Positions 1 through 5,901 of a DNA stretch of 9,009 bases are shown here, piece after piece. Position numbers and translations under genes: made by a program. The notes beneath the pieces were generated by a model, which was given only the letters and a program-made list of their open reading frames with translations, was not told where the DNA came from and ran no database searches. Numbering within the stretch: the first letter of the stretch is position 1; every line of letters begins with the position of its first letter. The DNA comes from Selaginella moellendorffii (Eukaryota; Plantae; Lycopodiophyta): positions 1 through 9,009 of the forward strand of contig NW_003314619.1 of assembly GCF_000143415.4 (NCBI RefSeq), given 5' to 3'.

Positions 1-2117
1 TTGTACAAGCAATTCATGAGCAATCAACACACAGACTGGGATGTGTTTAGGTGCCTCCACCATATAATGGGTGTGGTTGGATTCCCGGGTGCGGGAAAAA
101 CATCATTTGGCAAGGCACTCCCACAAATACTCATTGAGATGAGAAGGCAACAGAGTGATCCAGGGCTAAGGATTCAACAACTTGCCTCGCTTTTCGATAC
201 ATCAATCGATGAGGTGCGACCGTGGGATGCCATGATGAGCACCGTTGAACATCTCGACGTGGTCATGTACCATGATTTTATTTCAACTTTCATTGGCGAG
301 GCCGGGCTGGGTGATGCTCAGGTTTTGGCCCTGAGGACTTTGCATGCAGCTGTTTCTAGAGCAGATGGCCAAGATAACATCAGAAAAGATACTGGGACTT
401 GGACGTGTTTTTTTTACCAAGAGCTTGTCGCTGTTGTTGATGCCAAAGCACCTGATTTGAAGAAGTTCCTCCTGTTTGATGACGTGATAGCTTTGTTGCG
501 AGAAGTCTGCGAGCTCGGAGACCAAAACATTTTCCTGTCGTTCTTCTTTGATGAGATTGGGAGGAACAACGTCCTTGTTCAGAAAGTGTTTCGGGAGTTC
601 ATAGTTTGGAAGTACAGCAACGTGGGTGGCAAAACGTTTGTCACTATGCTCGGAGCGACCAACCTTTTCACAGCGGCATCTTTGAGAGAGAGCGGTGACA
701 CTGGATCATCTGAAGTGATTTATATTCCTGTCAACCCTCTCAGCAGCAGCGATCGGGAGAAGCTGGTGTTGCAAGTCTTTAACAAGGTGCTGAGGACTTC
801 AAACCGTGAAGAACTTCACGCTTTAAATGATGGCATGCAGCTGTTGTGCAAGCTGAGCGGAGGGAATCCGAGGTTGATTACCTTCATGGTTCAGGCTTTG
901 GCTTCAGATGACCCAGACATGGCCCTTGACATTGACAACCTTGCGCTGAGAATTCAGGAGCCCTTCCTGAGAGACAAAGTAAGGCGGATTCTGGATCGTG
1001 TGTGGAGCCTATGCAGAAGATTCGAGTATTACAATGGCTTTGCCGGGGATGAGAGATTTTCTTATTTCTTACGAGCAATTCAAGCATCGATGCTTCGTGA
1101 GCATGTCTCAAGGAATGGACCGGTTCTGCTGCAGGCCTTTCCAAGAGAGAATGTTTTGACATGGGAAGCTCTGGAGAGTTGTGGAGTAGTGGCTGTGGTT
1201 CTTGACGAAGAAAAGGCTCTGGTGGAGTTTTCACCTGTGTTACTGCATAAGCTAACACTCCAGCGGGAGGACTTTTTTGGCTCTACAACTTTTGATTTGA
1301 CAACAATGTCAACGGATGATTGGAAGCAGAAGGAAGACAACGATTTGGTGTCTCTGATCTTCAGCATCTACATTCATAAGGTATGTGAATTCTACGTTCA
1401 TAGTCTTTCATAGTCTCGGTTACTAACATGTTATTTGCAGTTACTATCGGGGGGTTCAGACACCTTCATGCTGGCGGACGTGTTGCCTTGCGATTGGTAC
1501 ATCCCTGACAATCTGAAGAACCGAAAGTTCAGGTTCCCCACTTTTCCAGTTTCAATCAAGCAACTGAGTCCAGGTATGTTCTTGTTTTTAGTTTTTTGGT
1601 TTCGGATCAAACACAGTAGTCCAGGCTCAAAGGAGGAGGTTCAAAGGTCAGGGACTTGGGCCATGTGTGGACCTCGGAACAGCGGGGCTGATACCTTCCT
1701 GATACTCGAGGAAGTAAAAGGCATTGATTTGGAGCCATTTCTTTTGTACATCCAAAGCAAGTGCTCTGGAGACCCCTTAAGCCAGCCATTGCGGATTGGT
1801 CGGAAGTCGTTCGAAATGTTAAGAGTGACGTCCGAAGACTGATTGCTATCAAGGACAATGAGCAGCCTGGCGATGAAAGTAAGTCCATACGTTATACATT
1901 TTTTGTTTATTTTTAATTTATGTTTTTTGTAGAGTATGCTCGAACGAACTTTGGATACGTATTTTTCTCGGACAAGGACAATTCATCAGCTCTCTCATAT
2001 CAAAAGTCTAATCCGATGGATATATACGCCTCGAGTGTTATTATCGGCTCCAATTTTGGTATGATCGAGCAGATTGCAGCTGTAAGGCATACCAAAAAGT
2101 GTACGAGAGAGATGTGA
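1..2117 (+). CDS. 5'-partial spliced gene: STAND-like P-loop NTPase + C-terminal restriction-endonuclease-fold domain (Crinkler/RHS-type). This copy is frameshifted at ~1773-1776. Exons <1-1380, 1441-1573, 1625-1878, 1933-2117
   Basis: Walker A GFPGAGKT (79-102), Walker B FFFDE (541-555), helical-domain GGNPR (859-873), and GADTF...LLYIQSK resembling a D...QxK REase active site (1684-1761). Three GT-AG introns join the ORF pieces. A C4 run here versus C5 in the other arm shifts the frame to an early TGA at 1840-1842. Confidence 0.75.
1381..1440 (+). other. Spliceosomal intron, 60 nt (mirror 7500-7559 on -)
   Basis: AAG|GTATGT donor, TACTAAC branch point at 1421-1427, TTTGCAG| acceptor. Phase 0; removal deletes the TAG at 1411-1413 and fuses two ORFs in frame. 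Confidence 0.92.
1574..1624 (+). other. Probable spliceosomal intron, 51 nt, in frame with no stop (mirror 7316-7366 on -)
   Basis: CAG|GTATGT donor, T-rich interior, CCAG| acceptor. This is the only nearby AG that keeps the frame. Confidence 0.7.
1879..1932 (+). other. Spliceosomal intron, 54 nt (mirror 7007-7060 on -)
   Basis: GTAAGT donor, AT-rich body, TTTTTTGTAG acceptor. Joins exon 3 (intact-copy frame) to the YARTNFGY... exon. Confidence 0.88.
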
Positions 2118-3154
2118 TCACCAGTATTTAGTGGTAAAGGAGGCTTTCCAGGTGCGATTCAGCTAGACTTTGATACCAAGAGAGTCTTATGATTCTGGTT
2201 TTCCTTTGGTAGGTGACTGGATTCTCTATTGGTGACAGTAAGGGAAACGGCATAGATAATGTGTTGATGTTGAGTGCACAACAATCCATATTTAAGTTTA
2301 TTTAAGAAATTTAGTTTAAAAAGTCATAATTATTATTATTTCAGTTATTTTAAATTCATGTATAGTCATATATAGTAAATCCATACATATGTATTTAGCC
2401 TGAGCTTAGGTGTCTCTCTTAAAACATTTCCTTCTCTTCTGTTTGATTATTTACAAGCAGCCATGTAAGTACTTCATTTGATTGATATCTTTTAGATTTC
2501 TTGCTCTTATAGTTGGCATATTAAATTACGTCCACGGATGTAACAAAGTTTCCCTTTTGACCGTTGAATTTTTGTCAAAAGTTCCAAAGTGGAATGGTTA
2601 TATCAATAGAAGTTGAGACTACTCGAGAATAAGTAGTGGGATTGAGATAGAGGAAGAGTCTCAAACAAGTTTAGCGAGAACTAAACCAATGAAAGGGAGA
2701 GAACCACCACAGGTGGTCGATCGAGTCTTTATGTTAAAGAGACCATGCTTCTTGGAGGATGGACAACACATAATGAGCCTTCAGTGTCAAACTATTGACA
2801 AATATTGGCTAGGTGCCAAGGATGGAAAGGGTAATACATGCTAGTATTACTTTATAAAATAATTTATCGTTCAATGAAGACATTGAACTTCATCTATAGG
2901 TGGTGGAGTTGTGAGACACAAATCCCTAAGCCCCAAAGTGGAGCCAAAAGGGTGCCATATGGTAGTGGTTAAAGCGAGAGCCAAATAAGCGTAACATGTT
3001 TGAACTAAAAGCTCCAACTTGAAAGGTTGAGAGTGGGAGTGGAACTCCCAACGAAGTGCTTGAGGAACAAGCATGAAGTGAGCAATAAGTGAGTCTCTAG
3101 AAAAGGGACACAAGAGGACCAACACATGACATATGAAAGTGTCCGGCACCGAGC

Positions 3155-3166
3155 TAGGGTTAGGGT
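3155..3166 (+). repeat. Short G-strand telomere-like tract TAGGGTTAGGGT
   Basis: Two TAGGGT units just upstream of the hammerhead, opposite in polarity to the CCCTAAA array. Short, so it could be chance. Confidence 0.4.
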
Positions 3167-3173
3167 AAACACT

Positions 3174-3231
3174 AGACGACTACACCCAGCTGATGAGTCC
3201 CAAAAAGGACGAAACCGGTCTCGGGTTGTCT
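3174..3231 (+). ncRNA. Type I hammerhead ribozyme (minimal, PLE-type)
   Basis: Core CTGATGA 3190-3196; stem II GTCC/GGAC (3197-3200/3207-3210) with loop CAAAAA; GAAA 3211-3214; very short palindromic stem III ACCGGT 3214-3219; GTC cleavage triplet 3218-3220; stem I ACCCAG/TCGGGT (one G-U, one mismatch) plus distal AGACGAC/GTTGTCT (the two helices overlap at 3225-3226). Confidence 0.93.
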
Positions 3232-3390
3232 CTTGTCCTCTCCCTCGCTCACGAATGAATGAAAATTCATTCCCTCGCCTCCTCTACTTGCTCTCGATCA
3301 CGCCGTTTCGACAACGGCACACGGAGAATGTGGATTGCACAAAGTGGTGTCGCGATCTCGCCGGATTGCAGCACCGCAGGGTGTCTTTGA

Positions 3391-3535
3391 CCCTAAACGC
3401 CTAAACGCGCCTAAATCCTAAACCCTAAACACTAAACCCTAAACCGGGGTGTCTTTGACCCTAAACACAGCAAGCGCCTAAATGTGCCTAAACCCTAAAC
3501 CTAAAACCCTAAACCCTAAACCCTAAACCCTAAAC
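3391..3535 (+). repeat. Interstitial Arabidopsis-type telomeric repeat array (CCCTAAA)n, partly degenerate
   Basis: Many CCCTAAA units with variants (CGCCTAAA, TCCTAAA, CACTAAA, CCTAAAA), four perfect tandem units at 3507-3534, interrupted by GGGGTGTCTTTGA. Confidence 0.95.
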
Positions 3536-3625
3536 TGGATCGCCGAAGACAGTAAGCATTCTTCTGGCAGGTGATGTACCTTTGACGCAAGATAACTTGT
3601 GAACGTGGCATGATATGAGAATCGA

Positions 3626-5394
3626 GTGGAGACTGGAGCCGTACACAACCTCTTGAGCAGGGCTCTTTCGGCTGCCAAGATCCGCCTCCTCTCCCTCGGC
3701 CTGAGGTACATCCCGAACCCGGCACCGCTCAGAGCCCCACAGATCGTGGAAAGCTCTGACGCTCTCTGCCGAGCCGTCCGACTCTGTCACCTCTTCAAGG
3801 ACGACGACTCAGCCCTGCCGGAGTTCCGAGTACCGAACCCGAGCTTCCAGCACCAGCGCATGTGGAACGGCGCCTTGCACACGTGTGAGGCAGCCTGCTC
3901 CACAGGCTGGAAGGAGCACACAAGCCTCGCTCCTTTGCTCATGGTTGGAAAAAGTGTGCTCTCCACTCTCTCGCAATGGACACATCCATCGTCATCAAGC
4001 CTGCGGACAAAAATCTTGGAACGGTGGTGCTGGATCACGATTGGTACACGAAGGAGGCTCTCCGCCAACTGAACGTCCCACTCATTTATGTGAAGGTCCC
4101 CTCCATGCCATCCAAATCCCTCCAGGAACGCCTCGCCGAGCTCATCACAAAGTACCGCAGCTGCTCGTGGCTCGACAACTCCACGCAGCAGTTCCTGCTG
4201 CACCAGCCCGCCGTACCCTGGCAGGCTTGCATGCTGTATTTTCTTCCGAAAATACACAAGCAGCCAATAAAGGGCCGGCCCATTGCGAGCTACATTGGGA
4301 CTTTGTGGGAGCCTCTCGCGCGTTGGCTTCACCGCCAGCTCTACGACATCCTGCTGAAGCAGCCAACGTTTCTTTCCGACTTGCGCATGCTGCTGCAGGA
4401 CCTCCTCCACCTATAGCTCCCGTGGGACTGCTGGCTCTTCACGTTCGATGTAGAGAGCCTCTACCCAAGCATCCCCACACGAGAAGGTCTCCAACGCCTC
4501 CGCGACTTTGTGTTTGCCGAGTACGGCAACACCACAAGCTTGCGGTTCCTCATGGCTGCGGCTGCCCTCGTCCTGGAGCACAACTATGTGGAGTTCGACA
4601 GTAACATCTACCAGCAGATCCGTGGCACAGCAATGGGCTCCAACTTCGAGGTGGTCTACGCTTGCCTCTTCCTCTGCTCTCTCGAAGCCGAGTACAAGCA
4701 TGCCACCAACGACTGGCCCTTCTATCTACGAAGGTACATAAATGACGGAGTGGGCATTTGGACAGGTACACGAGCAGGTCTCGAACGATGGCTCCGAGGA
4801 TACAGCACGCTGTGTCCTTCGATCAAGATCACCTCGGTGATCTCGCTCGAAGAGTTGGATATCCTCGATATCCACTTCTTCAAAGGCCCTCGCTTTGAAG
4901 AGACAGGCTGCCTCGACTCGTCCACGTTCCAGAAGCCGCTCAATGCCTACCAGTACCTTCCCTGGACGTCGGTTCACCCATGGCACCAGAAAGTGGCATT
5001 CATCCGCAGCGAGCTCCACAGATACCTCCTCCACGAGAGCACGGCCGATGGATTCCACGCCATGCGCACGCGGTTCTACCACCGCCTCCGTGCCCGGGGA
5101 TACCCGATTTCCTTCCTCCATCACTGCTTCTCCGGCATCTCCTACGACCAGCGACATCAAGCTCTCCTCGCAAGTTCGCGCCACTCTAGCGATGCCTGTC
5201 GACAGGCCCCCCTCGCCTTCAAGCTGCCTTACACACTCCACAGTGCGCAGCTAGGCTTGGGGGACATCCTAAACCCTAAACAGGTGATGGATGAAGCTCC
5301 CGCAGACACACTCCCCCGAGTGATTACGTGCTGGAGATGCTCCCCAAACCTCGGTTCTTTCCTGGTAAGGGCTAAGCTCCCTCCGCGAGCCTAG
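3626..5394 (+). pseudogene. Penelope-like reverse transcriptase, disrupted (frameshift ~3850, stops at 3886 and 4414, YIDD>YIND)
   Basis: N-terminal VHNL..RALS....LLSLGLRYIP; IKPADKNLG (PADKNLG at 4000-4020); YFLPKIHK (4237-4260); motif A FTFDVESLYPSIP (4438-4476, just past the TAG and missing from the ORF track); motif B QQIRGTAMG (4612-4638); motif C YIND (4735-4746); thumb FQKP...YLPWTSVHP...K and RLRARGYP; ends NLGSFLVRAKLPPRA*. Confidence 0.93.
5268..5281 (+). repeat. Short telomeric tract CCTAAACCCTAAAC inside the RT coding 3' end
   Basis: Read directly; encodes (I)LNPK(Q) in the RT frame. Confidence 0.7.
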
Positions 5395-5527
5395 CCATGT
5401 CTTGTACCGCACTTTTCAAGACACGGAAGCACATGTTTGCATCCCTCTCCGCGTACCCGATGACTCCCAGGGTCTGGCCAATGGACTTCAGGTATGTCCC
5501 AAGTCACTTCAGGCCACCCCCATCTCG

Positions 5528-5557
5528 AGTCAACGCACGGTCAACGCGTAGTCAACG
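5528..5557 (+). repeat. Three 11-bp-phased RGTCAACG units
   Basis: AGTCAACGCAC-GGTCAACGCGT-AGTCAACG. Confidence 0.7.
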
Positions 5558-5820
5558 GTCAGAATGGAATATTCCCCAATATTCCGACTGTATCCCTGCT
5601 GACCGAGTCAAAACGGAATATACCGTTGGATTCCGCTCTTCCTTCCGATCGTGAATATGTGAGTTTCAACCCTGAACTCCACACACGACTCGTGGAAAAG
5701 CGTGTATTCTGTTAAAATGGTGCCGCTCCCTCGACATCGGCGACACATGCCGACAGCTCGCGGGATGGCTCTCCCCAACGCAACCACTGGACTCCGGGTA
5801 TGTATGAGTGACCTCAGGCC

Positions 5821-5901
5821 CTCCATCTCGGACTCCATCTCGGACTTCATCTCAAGTCCATCTCGGACTCCATTTCGAGTCTATTTCGAACTCCTTCTCG
5901 G
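5821..5901 (+). repeat. 11-12-bp minisatellite (consensus CTCCATCTCGGA, ~7 units)
   Basis: CTCCATCTCGGA x2, CTTCATCTCAAG, TCCATCTCGGA, CTCCATTTCGAG, TCTATTTCGAA, CTCCTTCTCGG; abuts the right-arm breakpoint. Confidence 0.85.

Larger units (their letters stand above)
1..3037 (+). repeat. Left arm of a large inverted repeat (partner 5902-8939)
   Basis: Position 1 TTGTACAAG is the reverse complement of 8931-8939. The match runs inward to ...GAGAGTGGG 3037 / 5902 CCCACTCTC.... ORFs are mirrored (1..1413+ vs 7527..8969-, 1920..2117+ vs 6822..7019-). Mirrored coordinates sum to 8940 outside and 8939 inside a 1-bp indel at ~1773-1776. Confidence 0.98.
3155..5397 (+). mobile_element. Endonuclease-deficient, telomere-repeat-associated Penelope-like retroelement (hammerhead + telomeric repeats + RT); boundaries approximate
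   Basis: PLE-type RT motifs, a hammerhead upstream on the same strand, C-rich telomeric repeats on the sense strand, and no GIY-YIG domain seen either N- or C-terminal to the RT. Confidence 0.88.

Noticed and set aside
283-1367. Antisense ORFs within the NTPase exon (and mirrors at 7573-8657)
   Set aside because: Shadows of the real coding strand.
2871-3404. ORFs 2871..3149- and 3126..3404+ (and mirror 5808..6068+)
   Set aside because: They cross the arm breakpoint or the ribozyme and have no motifs; likely spurious.
3379-3535. CRISPR-like repeat-spacer array
   Set aside because: Only two copies of the 20-mer, the intervening sequence is telomeric repeat, there are no cas genes, and the context is eukaryotic.
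3886-4416. Programmed readthrough or selenocysteine recoding of the RT stops
   Set aside because: Mixed stop types plus a frameshift and a catalytic D>N change are more simply explained by decay.
3787-5254. Overlapping alternative-frame and antisense ORFs (3787..4410-, 3885..4604+, 4726..5241-, 4895..5254+ and others)
   Set aside because: Shadow ORFs of the GC-rich RT sequence with no recognisable motifs.
3976-5394. Bacterial retron, group II intron, DGR RT, or true telomerase (TERT)
   Set aside because: The motifs (PADKNLG, LPKIHK, GTAMG, S.HP thumb) are PLE-type, no TERT T/CP motifs were recognised, and the flanking genes have spliceosomal introns.
5599-5625. Hammerhead-like CTGACCGAGTCAAAACGGAA
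   Set aside because: Core spacing is wrong, with no stem II pairing and no GAAA.
5608-5850. Minus-strand 80-aa ORF with one CRRCRGSG (CxxCxGxG) motif
   Set aside because: A single motif is insufficient for a DnaJ-type zinc finger, and the ORF start lies in the minisatellite.
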